Shown in pieces: positions 51,890 through 64,000 of a DNA stretch of 64,000 nucleotides. Position 1 is the first letter of the stretch. Every line of letters begins with the position of its first letter. The translations under genes were made by a program, and so were the position numbers. The DNA lies in NCBI RefSeq assembly GCF_963921235.1, contig NC_086097.1, forward strand, positions 163,000,001 through 163,064,000. The letters run 5' to 3'. Under the pieces are notes generated by a model, which saw nothing but the letters and a program-made list of their open reading frames with translations, was not told where the DNA came from and searched no databases. Origin of the DNA: Mobula hypostoma (taxonomy: Eukaryota).

Positions 51890-53501
51890 GTAAACTTAAA
51901 CATTTCTGTCTACATTTGGAATTTCTTGCTAGGCACCAGACACAGCGTTTGAGTGGTTATTTTTAACCCATTTACTCTCTGTTTGCCACCACCTGTTAAG
52001 GTACCTCTGTGCTCATCACACATATATTTGGCTGTACTGGGAATAAGTCCTGCTTGCACCAAGTTTTCCCTCCTGTTCCATCGCTGAAGCAGCATAATCA
52101 CACCATGAAAACGGCAGCTGATGCAGCTCATTCTAAATCCTTCTTCAACAATGAGTCAGGGCAAATTATTCTTTTCACTTCAATCAGCACAGCCCAGATA
52201 AAAAAAATCAATCCTGACTCCTTCTAATTCCAAATTAGAGATTTACAAAACAGCACACGCAGTTCAGTATTCAGGCATCCATCAAATGGACTCCTTTTTA
52301 ATTCGGAGTTGAATAGCTTGCTTTCTTCTTTCTTTTTCGTTGTGCCATCTACCAGTTTTCCACCTCACGCCATTTCGTAAATGAAACAAGTCAGACTACA
52401 GGTTGGGCTGGGCTTGAAGGTGGTATAGCCACTATTCTTTTCTCTCTTCACTATTTTATATAATTTACGTATAATTTATATTTTGTGTGCTGCCTGTGTT
52501 GACATGCCTGTGATGCTGTCACAAGCAGATTTTTCACTGTATCTGTACCTCAACACACTTTTTCAGATGACAGTAAACTTAACTCAACTCGGGTTCCTTT
52601 GTAACCCAGGCTTAGAGACCTGCTTTGGCTATCACAGAAACAGTTTGATTCCAGCAGTAAGTCAACAGATGAACTGCAAGGAGGCAGGATGTGATTCATG
52701 GTAAAGCAATCAATTGACTCATTAATTAGTAAGCATCAGCTTTCCCCAGTTTCTCCTGAGGTAAAATGCAGAATAGTTAAACATAAATTATGATAAACTC
52801 AATTCTCAGCAGTGAGGAGACTGGGCTCAACTGACAACTGATATATCCAAAAGTTGCCATTCTGGCTGGCTATAATGTAATGGATATTCCAACTTGTACA
52901 AAGTGGATGCACTTTATTCCAACCAACGTAAAGCAGAGGCAATCCAAAGACTTGCCGCCGGTATCCCAATCCCCATGAAGTCTTGGATATTTACCATCAC
53001 TGACTCAAACCTGCAACGGATCACAGTCCAACAATGCTCCATTTTAAAATGTCACAATCTATCTTCACAGTAAATCCTTCCTATAATCATCCATGTTTTC
53101 CATGTTGCTTATATTCTGGATCCTTGGGGCTACGGAAAACAGTCTGACTGATTGTATCACTGTCTGGTATGGAGGGGGCCACTGCATGGGATCTGAAAGA
53201 GCTGCAGGAAGTTATAAACTCAGCCAGCTCCATCATGGGCACTAGTCACCTCAGCATCGAGGACACCCTCAAAAGGCAACATCCATTATTAAGGGCATCC
53301 ATCACCCACCCTCTTCTCATTGCTACCATCAAGGTGGTGGTACAGGAGCCTGAACACACACAATATTTCAGGGCCAGCTTCTTCCCCGCCACATCAGATT
53401 TCTGACTGGACACTGAACTGATGAACACTTTCTCAGTATTTTCCCCCTCTTTTTACGTATTTGATTTATTTTTTTATATATACTTATAGTAATTTAATGT
53501 T

Positions 53502-53809
53502 GACGCGTGGCCAAGTGGTTAAGGCATTCGTCTAGCGATCTGAAGGTCGCTAGTTCGAGTCTTGGCTGAGGCAGCGTGTTGTGTCCTTGAGCAAGGCACT
53601 TAACCACTCACTGCTCTGCGACGACACTGGTGCCAAGCTGTATGGGTCCTAATGCCCTTCCCTTGGACAACATCAGTGCTGTGGAGAGGGGAGACTCGCA
53701 GCATGGGCAACTGCCGGTCTTCCATACAACCCTGCCCAGGCCTGTGCCCTGGAAACCTTCCAAGGCGCAAATCCATGGTCTCATGAGACTAACGGATGCC
53801 TATTATTAT
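53502..53809 (+). mobile_element. tRNA-derived SINE
   Basis: A box TGGCCAAGTGG, B box AGTTCGAGTC, core gtgttgtgtccttgagcaaggcacttaacc, (tat)n tail. A second partial copy lies on the minus strand at about 4590-4752. Confidence 0.8.
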
Positions 53810-56800
53810 CGTAATTTATAGTTTTTATTATGTATTGCAATGTATTGCTGTTGCAAAATAATAAATTTCACAACATACGTTGGTGATATTAAACTCGATT
53901 TAGATTCTGATCCCTGTTGCAATTATGCCATCACTGACAAAACTGCTTTGTACTGCATGGCTCTTAAGCTCCAAAAGATTCAAAGTATGTATGCAGTATA
54001 CAAGCCTGAGATTCGTCTTTTCCACAGACAACCACGAAACAAAAACAAATCGTGCAAATGAAACTCTGGAAAACTCCTCTCTCTCTCCTTCTCTCCTTTT
54101 AACAGCATCTGCCTTAATACCTCTTCAGAAACACTGTCATACCACAGTTACTTTCTCCAAGTAGTAAGACTGACAATGCCTCCACTCACTAACCCACCCC
54201 TCCACATACTCCACCATCACTACTTTATATACTTACAAAATCTTGTGTATTTATACCTATTGCAATTTTTAAAAATTATTGTGTTCTTTGTCTCATTGTG
54301 GATGTTTTTGTGTTGCATCAGATCCGGAGTTAACAACTAATTAATTCTCCTCTGCACTTAAGTACTGGAAATGACATTAAACAATCTTGAACATAAAGCA
54401 TGGCCTTCAGCCAGCCATCAAGTCTGCACTGACTGTCAAGTAAATGGACTAGCTTACATTAGCATCTAGTCAATATGCCCCAGATGGAATGAAAGGCCTG
54501 TTTCCTTGTGTGTAGCTCTATGGCCCTAATCTCCTTTTATTCCTCTCCATTCATCTCAACTCTGCACAACCACCTCTTAGATTCCACCACTCACCTACAG
54601 ATTGGTGCTATTTAACCTATCAACACACGTGTCTTTGCGATGGGGGAGGGAACTTGAAAAACCAGGCAAACCTTGCACGCTCACAGAGGGAACCTACAAA
54701 GTCCACAGACAAAGCGCTGAAGGTCGAGGTTGAACCCAGGTCACTGGAGCTGTGAGGCAGCAGATCTACTGGATGTGCCACAGTGATACCTCGAGGTTTT
54801 ACTGTTAAAATGTGCTGATTAATAGTCCTGTGAAGTGCCTTGGAATATATTACTATGTTAAAAATGTAAATAAAACAAGGGCATTGAAAGTTAAACTCAA
54901 CAGCCACCTAAAGCAGTCATGGGGATTGCAAAACATTCTATTGCTTATTGGCTGAATGCATCATCAGGTACTCAGTATTGTGAGCGGCTAATGCTGCCCA
55001 GGACTGCTTGAAAACTGCCTGCCTCTCTTCAAGGGAACAGTTTCATGGCTGGAAGAGGTATTCACTCATTGCCTCACTGCAGAACTCTGAAACAGGCACA
55101 GGAATATAAGAAAATTTGAGGTTACGGGCTATGTTGGATGGAAGGGTCAGATTGTTAGTACAGCAGGCTTATATAGGTCAGCACAACATGGTAGGCCAAA
55201 GAGCCAATACTGTGTTGGACACTTCTACGTTCTATCTTCCAACTTAAAGAAATGTTGATCTTTAGGTTAGTTGCCTACTTTAAATTATCTCTAGTGTAGG
55301 TGTGAGATAGAATCTGGAGTGAACAGAGGAGATGAGGGGAGAATAAAATGGGATTCATGGAGGGTTAGTGTAAATCAGTGCCAGTTGACTTCTTGGTGGG
55401 TTCCAGTCATTGCGAGAGATCGTTTGTTGGTGATGCGGCATGAGGTTTAAAAAGAGCTAGGGTGCTTTTGAGACTGCAAACACCATGAGAGGTTGTTTGT
55501 TGGTGATATGGGGGGGGGGGGCGTGTTTAGGTTGAAAGCCGAAAAGCAGGACCTTGAGGGCGGTAATCTCTGGATTATTGTCTGTGCCACTGAGAATAAG
55601 TGAGATTCAGTGAGATACAGGCAAATGAGGATAAATTCAATTCAGCATCCTGTTCACTGCAGATTCTGTGGGCCAAAGGGAATGTTCCTGTGATTTACTG
55701 CTCTATTATATGTTATAATGACTGACCTAACACCAACTAATGTTCAGGATATATTCGACTTCCTCCTCTACATTTTCTGCAGCGTATCCAATATAAAGAT
55801 ATTGAGGTGTGTGGGTCATATTTTCAAACACCCTTTTTTCACATCTTATCTCAACTATCCCCCAACTAATTTTATTAGGCAAAGTGGGACTGTTTTAAAA
55901 TTAATCACTGGTTCTTTAGGATGGAGCTCAATTAAATACTACCCAGTAAGGCTTGTACATTGTTTGCGGCAGTTTATAGCTCTTTGCATGCAGTTCCTAT
56001 CAAATACATAAAGGGTTAAAACCAGGTGGAGGGTAGATAGCTTCTTTGAGAATTCATCTCAAGGATTTGAACTGGAATCCAGCTGGAGGAAAAAAGCCTT
56101 TGAACAGCCACTGATAATCATTACAATTTCAAATGAAAAGTTGAATTATTCCACTGAGCTGTTTGCAACTGAGTTCATGGACTCAGACCGACCTCCCAAG
56201 GAGAAAGGGATGTAGAGAGATTTGAAATGAAAATGTCAGTTTTGCACAGGGTAAGCCTGCTGCTTCTGGCTATACCATTCTAACATATGCTAATCACACC
56301 ACATCTAAAGTGAGCTGACAAATGGGTGGAGATGATTGCAATGGCAGAAAGTGATGTAATGTCTCACCAAGTGTATATTATTTCCAGATCAGCTGGTAAA
56401 GAGCAGGAGTCTCCTTAACAGGAAACTGAACCCCAAAATCATTGAATATTAATTTGATAAGCAAAAGGAAACAAAACACAATAAATGTGTTTTAAAAAAG
56501 TTCACAAACTGAAGAAGTGCAAATTTTAGGTGAAGTTGGCCAAGGCCATCCTTTGGCCTCACTGTCAACACAGCATTGCTTCCTAAGGTCATAAATTTAT
56601 ACTGCACGAAACAAGGCTCATCTGGTCATGGTTACTAAGATTCCCATCTAAGCTCATCCATTTGGCCTGCTTTTGACACATATCCCTATAAATCTTCCCT
56701 ATCTACGTACCTTCCAAATGGCTTTAAAATGCCATTGATGTATCTGCCTCAACCACTTCCTCTGGAGGCTCCTTCCATAAGTGGATCCCCCTCTAGAATA

Positions 56801-58536
56801 AAGTGAGAGGGGAGAGGTTTAATAGGCTCTTATTCCTATTAAATCTCCTCCCTCTCACTTAAACCTATGTTCTCTAGTTCTTAATTCCTCTATCCTTTGA
56901 AAAAGACTTTGTGCTTCCACTTTATCAATGTCCTCGTGATTTTATATACCTCTCTTAGATAACATGATTAGATAAGATATTCTCTTATACTCCAATGAAT
57001 AAAGTCCTCACCTGCTCCAGCTCCTTCTATAGCCCAGTGCCTTGAGTCCTGGTTACAATCTATATTAATAATTTATCTGAAAGAAGCAAATGTTACATTT
57101 CTAAGTTTACTTCCAATTCTGAGTGCCCTAACCTTATTCACCAATCTCCACTGTGGCACTTTAAAATCCAAGTACACCACACCCATTAGTTCACCCCTCA
57201 CCTGCTCCACTAAATATATCTCAAAAGAACTCCAACAGAGTAACCAAGCATTATTTGGAGAAATTCTTTTTCATTCAGTTGTGTTGCTAGCAAGTGGTCC
57301 TGTATCACAGTTTTCCATAACACAGTGCCATGTTATCAGTGGAGGCATCAAGAAACGCAAGTTGAAAAAAACGTGTTTTTTTCCACATAAAATTACATGC
57401 GAGTGCATTTAATTCCACGTTTCCATTTTCTAAAAAAGTTGTGAATGCTGGAGGGGCAAATTTCCATTATTCTGAATAATTGTAACATAGGGGTTGCCTG
57501 CATTATTTTTAAACTGCCTTGCTATTATATCCTTAAGCATTGTTTGCTGAATTTTGCACATTAGAGGAGTTAGTTCCCCATTTACCCTTTCTTTCTTTGG
57601 ATTTCTCCCACCAGTTTTAAATACTAGGGCTGTATTTGCTACCTTCTGACCTGCAGAACGCATTTCAGAATCTATAGAACTTTGGAAAACATGTACAATC
57701 TCTATGCAACCAAATTAGAATGCTGGGATAGAAGTGCTAATACTCATGTTACAAGTGCATTCACTTTTCCAAGAGCATTTTTTAACTGATACTAATTTCT
57801 TTTACTTCCACAATTGCATTAGAACCTTGGTTCAGTTTTCTAGGAAGTTTTTTGCACCTTCTTCTGTGTGTATAGCTGAGAAAGTTTATTTACTCTGCCA
57901 TTTCCTTAATCTTCATTATAAATTCTCCCATTTCTGTCTGTAAGGATCTAGCATATGTCCTAAATGGTCTTTTCACTAACCAAATAATTTCTTTCAGCTT
58001 TTATTGTTTCCATCTAGTTTATTCTAATTATTCTATTTTCTATTTCTTTATCAGTAACATTTGCTGAATTGTAGAATGTTCTTTATCCTCAGATTTAATA
58101 TTTTTCTGGTAATTTTATAAAACTTTTTTCCTTTTCAATTAATGTGACTTTTAAGTCCTCCTATAATCCACTGATGGACCAATTTTCCAACATGTATATC
58201 GGTAGGGTCCCTAAGGTTTTTGCACAGTAATGTAGTAATTTTATGTATTGTACTGTACTGTCACTGCATTAAAAAAATTAAATTTCATGATCTATGCAAG
58301 TGATGATAAACTCGATTCTGATATGGGTATCTATTGTGGACTGAGAGTGGGAAGGGGACGGAGAGAAGGGAATCATGGTTGGGAATAGGGGAAGGAAGAG
58401 CAGTGGGAACGGGAAGCACCAGGAAGAGATTCTGTAATGATCAGTAAACTAATTGTTTAGAATCAAACGTCCTTGCCCAGTGTCTCAGGGATGGGTGTGA
58501 CTGCCCCTGTGTTCCACTCCCTCCACCCCAGCACTC

Positions 58537-59026
58537 CTTCTCTACCACCCGTCTCACACCCCTCCCGTGGTGCTCCACCCTTGGCACTTCTCTACCACCC
58601 GTCTCACACCCCTCACGTGGTGCTCCACCCCTGGCACTTCTCTACCACCCGTCTCACACCCCTCCCGTGGTGCTCCACCCCTGGCACTTCTCTACCACCC
58701 GTCTCACACCCCTCCCGTGGTGCTCCACCCCTGGCACTTCTCTACCACCCGTCTCACACCCCTCCCATGGTGCTCCACCCCTGGCACTTCTCTACCACCC
58801 GTCTCACACCCCTCCCGTGGTGCTCCACCCCTGGCACTTCTCTACCACCCATCTCACACCCCTCCCGTGGTGCTCCACCCCTGGCACTTCTCTACCACCC
58901 GTCTCACACCCCTCCCGTGGTGCCCCACCCCTGGCACTTCTCTACCACCCGTCTCACACCCCTCCCGTGGTGCCCCACCCCGGCACTTCTCTACCACCCG
59001 TCTCACACCCCTCCCGTGGTGCTCCA
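58537..59026. repeat. 50-bp minisatellite, about 10 near-identical copies
   Basis: Unit ctggcacttctctaccacccgtctcacacccctcccgtggtgctccaccc, with single-base variants. Confidence 0.97.
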
Positions 59027-60939
59027 TCCATTCACAACATCCTTTGCTCCCACCAGATTTGCAAAATCGCTCTCCACTCCATGTTGACAAATACAGTATT
59101 GTGCAGAAGTCTTAGGCAACTGAAGATATATATATACACACACACAATGGAAAGATGCAAGTTTTTGAAACCAAAGCCTTAGTAGGCGATGGGTCAACAC
59201 AGATCAGTGGGTGGGTGAATTAGATTGCTGAAGCACTCATTTTGGAATAAGTACAGGTTCTTAGTGCTCTGAGATGTCCGCCGTGTTCCTTCCCTTGGGA
59301 TACTGATGTCGACCATCTGCTGACTTAGAGATAGCAGAAACCGTATTTTTAGCCTTGGCCACAAATCACATCAATTTTTCTTTCAAATGGCATCTACACT
59401 TCAATATTGCTGCAACTCACAGTGTGACTTGTTGAGCCTTGCTGCTTGATGGAAATATTACATGAGAAATGAACGGAAATAATTTGTAGAGAATAAGCAG
59501 CCATCATTCTCCCTATTGTGTCTTTTGACTAGTTCATTGAGGAAAATACTGATGCATAAATTCTTGGTCTGTCGATTATGCAGCTGAGTGACTGCAGCAA
59601 GCAGAATATGAATAGATTGTGTATTATTACATCTACCTAATTATGTATGCAACAGCTTATAATGGACCACAGTAACAGTTTTATGTGCAGAACAGATGAA
59701 GAGTGTTGGAAATGTTAACAAATGGTTAAAAATTAAGCAACATAATGCTGACTCTCTGCATATCCTGGAGTTAATCATTACCTATCCAATTCATTTGCAT
59801 GGGAAGTGTTGGATCCATTTCAGATACAACACTTTTAGTACATATTCTTTTAACTATCTCACTGGGAGTTATTTAGTTTCTTTGACTAAAACTAAGGTTG
59901 TAAAATACGGAAGACATAATAGTGATTTGGAGGAACACACAAAACGCTGGAGCAACTCAGTGGGCACATCTATGAAAGGAAATAAACAGATGACACTTTG
60001 GGTCTTGATATTCAGACTGTAAAGTGGGGAAGATGGCTGATATAAAAGACTGGGAGAAGGGGTGGAGTGAGATTTGGCAAATAGTTAGTGGATCCAGGTG
60101 AGGAGGAATGAAAGCACATGGGGAAAGGAGAGAATGGGAGTGATATAAAAAGTGGGAATAGTTGGAAGTAAATAAGAGCTGAAGAAGGTGGAATCTAGAA
60201 GAGAGGATAGTGGACCATGGAATAAAGGGAAGGAGGTGAAGAGGGAAACTGGAGGGACAAATGAGTGGGTGGTGCACAGATCAAGAGGCTGGGGAGAGGA
60301 AAAAGGGGTGAAAAGACTAGTGGCATAAGAGAAACCAAGGGATTTAGAGGATTCAATCACGAATAAGATAAAATATGCAGATGCTGTAAATCCAAAAAAC
60401 ATACACAAAACAGTGGAGGAACTCAGCAGGCCAGGCAGCATCTACGGAAAAGAGAATAGTCTACGTTTCAGACTGAGACCCTTCGTCGGGTTTGGAAAAC
60501 AGGATGAGGAATCAGAGTACAAAAGTTGTGGGGGGGGGGAGAACAAGGTGATAGGGTGAAACGGTGGGGGGGAGGGTGAAGTAAAGAGCTGGGAAGTTGA
60601 TTGGTGAAAGAGATGCAGATCTGGAGAGGGGGAATCTGATAGGAAAAGACAGAAGGCCATGGAGAGGACCTCCCCCTTTTCTTTCTTCCATGGCCTTCCA
60701 CTTAGGAATGCAGAGAAGGTTCTAGAGAGAAGATGGGGGAATTGGGAGAAGGTTCCCGAGAGAGATGGGTGGAGAGAGATTTGTGACAGGCACTGGTGGG
60801 GTTTGTGGTTTTTTGGCAAGAGATGCAGAAAAGGGAAGATCAGGAGAGATGCCCTAGGCTTTGATTCAATAGGAAGACATGATTACAAAGAAAGCTTCAC
60901 AAGGTGAAGGGTCCAAGACGGGAAGCTCAACCAGTGTCA

Positions 60940-61630
60940 CAAGAACAAAGGAGCTGGTTGTGGACTACAGGAGGAATGGAGACAAGCTAGCCCTTATTGA
61001 CATTAATGGATCTGGGGTTGAGAGGGTGAACAGCTTTAAGTTCCTTGGCATAAACATCACCAAGGATCTCACATGGTCTGTACACACTGGCTATGTGGTG
61101 AAAAAGGCACAACAGTGCCTCTTTCACCTCAGACGGTTGAAGAAGTTTGGTATGGGCCCCAAATCCTAAGAACTTTCTAGAGGGGCGCAATTGAGAGCAT
61201 CCTGACTGGCTACATTACTGCCTGGTATGGGAATTGTACATCCATCAATCGCAGAACTCTGCAGAGAATGGTGCGGACAGCCCAGCACATCTGTAGATAT
61301 GAACTTCCCACGAGTCAAGACATTTACAAAAACAGGTGTATAAAAAGGGCCCAAAGGATCATTGGGGACCCGAGTCACCCCAACCACAAATTGTTCCAGC
61401 TGCTACCATCCAGAAAAGGTACCACAGCATAAAAGCCAGGACCAACAGGCTCCGGGACAGCTTCTTCCAGCAGGCCATCAGACTGATTAATTTACGCTGA
61501 TGCAATTGTACTTCTATGTTATATTGACTATCCTATTGTACATATTATAAATTACTATAAATTGCATTTAAATGGAGACATAACATAAAGATTTTTACTC
61601 CTCATGTATATGAAGGATGTCAATTCATTT
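60940..61630 (+). mobile_element. Rex1/Babar LINE 3' fragment
   Basis: TKELVVDYRR..VERVNSFKFLG.NI..DL.WS..VKKAQQ.LF.LRRLKKFG. Confidence 0.85.
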
Positions 61631-62659
61631 GAATTCAGTGATTGGTGATGAGAATTCAGTGCCGTGAGTAACAGTTATACCTAGCTTTTGGAAGAACTGA
61701 GCTCATGTGTACATGTGCACATTTAGACTGATTTAACTGTAATGGGCCCGTTTTTCTTTTCTTTTTCTTAATAACTGATAAAGCTGAAATTAGTAAATAT
61801 ACTTCCTTTATAATTTTATGCAGTGTACAATCTGTTATTTCTTGCTGATCAATAATTGTATATGGGCAGTATGTACACAGCATTCACTCAATTGACGTTC
61901 TGTCAATCAGAACACCCCAACTTTCTTGCTTGGTTGAACCCCATATCATACCAACCCTAGACGCATATTGTTTGTGAAAGGTGGCCTTCTCACCCGAGTC
62001 ACGGAGCTGTTATCAGAAATAGCTATTGAACCACGTTTGCATACGAGCCCGGTGAGGGGGTAATATAAGTAAAACACTTATAGATAGCTTCATAGCAACA
62101 TGTTCTACAGCTCCAATTGAATCCCAGGAATACAGAGAATCTACCTATTCTGGTTATTTAACTACAACCTCATTCTACCTTTTAGTCATGTTAATTATCT
62201 TATCCACAGTCTGCAGGTCCACATTCAAACCCAGATACTGAGGTCGCACAGAAATAAAGGAACTGCTTCTTGCAATGCAAATCTCAAGTGACATTGTCAG
62301 GATTGGACAATAATAACCCTGATAATGCAACAAGGTCCTACTTTGCTCTCAAAGACTGACCGTGCCAGGATGCAAACAGAACATTCATGGGTACTTCAGA
62401 ATCATAGGTTCTTCAGGAACTACTGAATCAAGAATTATACCAACTCTCCCACTGCATTACCAGAACAATAATTAATGAAACGTCCAGCCATCAAAGGCCA
62501 TGCATACTGCATATTGTGCTAAATTAGAAAGCACAGCAGCCACGGTGAGATGGCTGATCAAGATATCCTTAAATCTAGTGAATAGCAGGACTGTGTCTAC
62601 CATTCCATCAGCAATTCATCTAAAGGCTCTTGTGGATGAATGTTACGTGTAGGCACAAT

Positions 62660-64000
62660 TAGAATTGAATTGACTTCATTACTTATATCCTTCACTTACA
62701 TGAGGAGTAAAAATCTTTATGTTACATCTCCATCTAAATGGAGAAGATGGCGCGACGCAGCTCGCAGCGGCCACTCCGGTGGTGATGTCTGTTATTTGTC
62801 AAGTAGGGTGCCATACACAATTCTGATTTGATGGAGATGGATGCGAGAGCACGGAGGAACACCTGGAGAAACTTCTGAAATGCCTGCTTCGCTGCTGCTG
62901 CTGCTACCCTGTGGTCCAGAGTCTCCGGAGAAGGCCCCGAGTCCTCGGCTTTGCTTGTTGCTCGGTGGCCGGGGCGGGGTCAAAGCCCTCGGCAGAGGAT
63001 GGTGCTCGGAGAGGCTGTATCAGAGGGGCTGGTCAGAGGCTCGAAGTTTTTGGACAGACTCAGAGTCGGCTGCGGTCAGGTGCTTCCAATGCATCAGCAA
63101 GTTGTCGGCGCCTGGAGGTTCGTGGCAGGGAGTGTTTCTCCCTTCTGCTGCCTGCGTTAGATGATGAGTCAATCGGGACTTTGAGACTTTTTTTTATTGT
63201 GCCCATGATCTGCTCTTTATCAAATTATAGTATTGCTTTGCACTGTTGTAACTATATGCTATAATTAAATGGTTTTGTCAGTTTTAGTCTTTGTTTGTCC
63301 TGTTTTTTTTTGTGATCATCATTCTGGAGGAACATTGTATCATTTTTTAATGCATGCATTTCTAAATGACAATAAACAAGCTGAGTGTCCTCATAATCTA
63401 ATCTAATCTAAATGTACAATGTGCAATTTATAGTATGTACAATAGGACGGTCAATATAACAGAGAAGAGTAATTGTGTCAGAGTAAATTAATCAGTCTGA
63501 TGGCCTGGTGGAAGAAGCTGACCCAGAGCCTGTTGGTCATGGCTTTTATGCTGCGATACCATCTCCTGGATGGTCGCAGCTGGAACAGATTGTGCTTGGG
63601 GTGACTCGGGCCCCCAGTGATCCTTTGGGACCCTTTTTATGCACCTTTCTCTGTAAATGTTCTGAATAGTGGGAAGTTCATACCTACAGATGCGCTGGGC
63701 TGTCTGCACCAATCTCTGCAGAGTCCTGCAATTGAGAGAAGTACAGTTCCCATACCAGGCAGTGATGCAGCTAGTCAGGATGCTCTCAATTGTGCCACTG
63801 TAGAAAGTTCTCAGGATTTGGGGGCCCATACCAAACTTCTTCAAATGTCTGAGGTGAAAGAGGCGCTGTTGTTTTTCACCACACAGCCTGTATGTACAGC
63901 TTTACATGAGATCCTCGATGATGTGTATGCCGAAGAACTTAAAGCTGTTCACCCTCGCAACCCCTGGTTCACTGATGTCGATAGGGGTTAGCCTGTCTCC
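62660..64000 (-). mobile_element. Rex1/Babar LINE copy (same family as 60940-61630, opposite strand), interrupted at 62741-63405
   Basis: KKFGMGPQILRTFY.GTIESILT.CITAWYGNC. The 3' tail resumes at 62660-62740. Confidence 0.85.
62741..63405 (+). mobile_element. Non-autonomous retroelement with GC-rich 5' part and (taatc)n tail
   Basis: TSD atctaaatg at 62732-62740 and 63406-63414. Starts gagaagatggcg and ends aataaa..taatctaatct. Confidence 0.75.

Larger units (their letters stand above)
675..56485 (+). pseudogene. Candidate decayed multi-exon gene with RGS-like repeats, antisense to and interleaved with LAMA1 (overall span)
   Basis: Plus-strand segments with acceptor and donor signals at about 675-885, 6217-6396, 6567-6701, 7240-7309, 16262-16461, 16582-16767, 17480-17755, 20535-20716, 20837-21273, 21421-21482, 21583-21628, 29611-30298, 44216-44434, 51767-51889, 55994-56250 and 56388-56485 (AATAAA at 56480). 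Several adjacent segments have compatible phases, and the VAQxITxxFL motif occurs twice. In-frame stops and frameshifts are present. No database search was possible. Confidence 0.5.

Noticed and set aside
51930..52000. Minus-strand NRWWQ peptide resembling LAMA1 exon 3 (..NNWWQSPS..)
   Set aside because: The flanking residues do not match (TESKWVK..), there is an upstream in-frame stop, and no suitable splice sites are present. Exon 3 was not found and probably lies beyond 64000.
53502..53575. tRNA-like sequence
   Set aside because: The A and B boxes continue into a SINE body with a tail and a second copy elsewhere. There is no proper acceptor stem.
58473..59182. Three overlapping ORFs of 171-204 aa
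   Set aside because: Artefact of the stop-free 50-bp minisatellite.
1..64000. Prokaryotic-type systems (CRISPR arrays, operons, rRNA)
   Set aside because: The sequence is spliced vertebrate DNA. No repeat-spacer array or rRNA-like sequence was seen.

Overview
Vertebrate genomic DNA, most likely a cartilaginous fish such as a ray (inferred from the V-SINE, CR1, Rex/Babar and Penelope repeat landscape). The minus strand carries nine in-frame, GT-AG-bounded coding exons of laminin subunit alpha-1 (LAMA1), equivalent to human exons 4-12: LN domain, LE repeats and the start of L4a. The gene continues beyond both window edges. The introns hold a TSD-flanked L1 lacking most of ORF2, Buster-type hAT relics, a Tc1-like MITE, CR1 and Rex/Babar fragments, tRNA-derived SINEs, a 50-bp minisatellite, and many Penelope-like element ends carrying a minimal hammerhead ribozyme, including a perfect 84-bp palindrome. 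The most unusual signal is a series of plus-strand segments bounded by AG/GT splice signals, interleaved between the LAMA1 exons from about 0.7 to 56.5 kb. They translate, with stops and frameshifts, into protein-like sequence containing a repeated RGS-domain-like motif (VAQxITxxFL). I interpret them as a candidate decayed, antisense, multi-RGS-domain (RGS22/RGSL1-like) gene nested in LAMA1. This is an inference from manual reading and needs a homology search.
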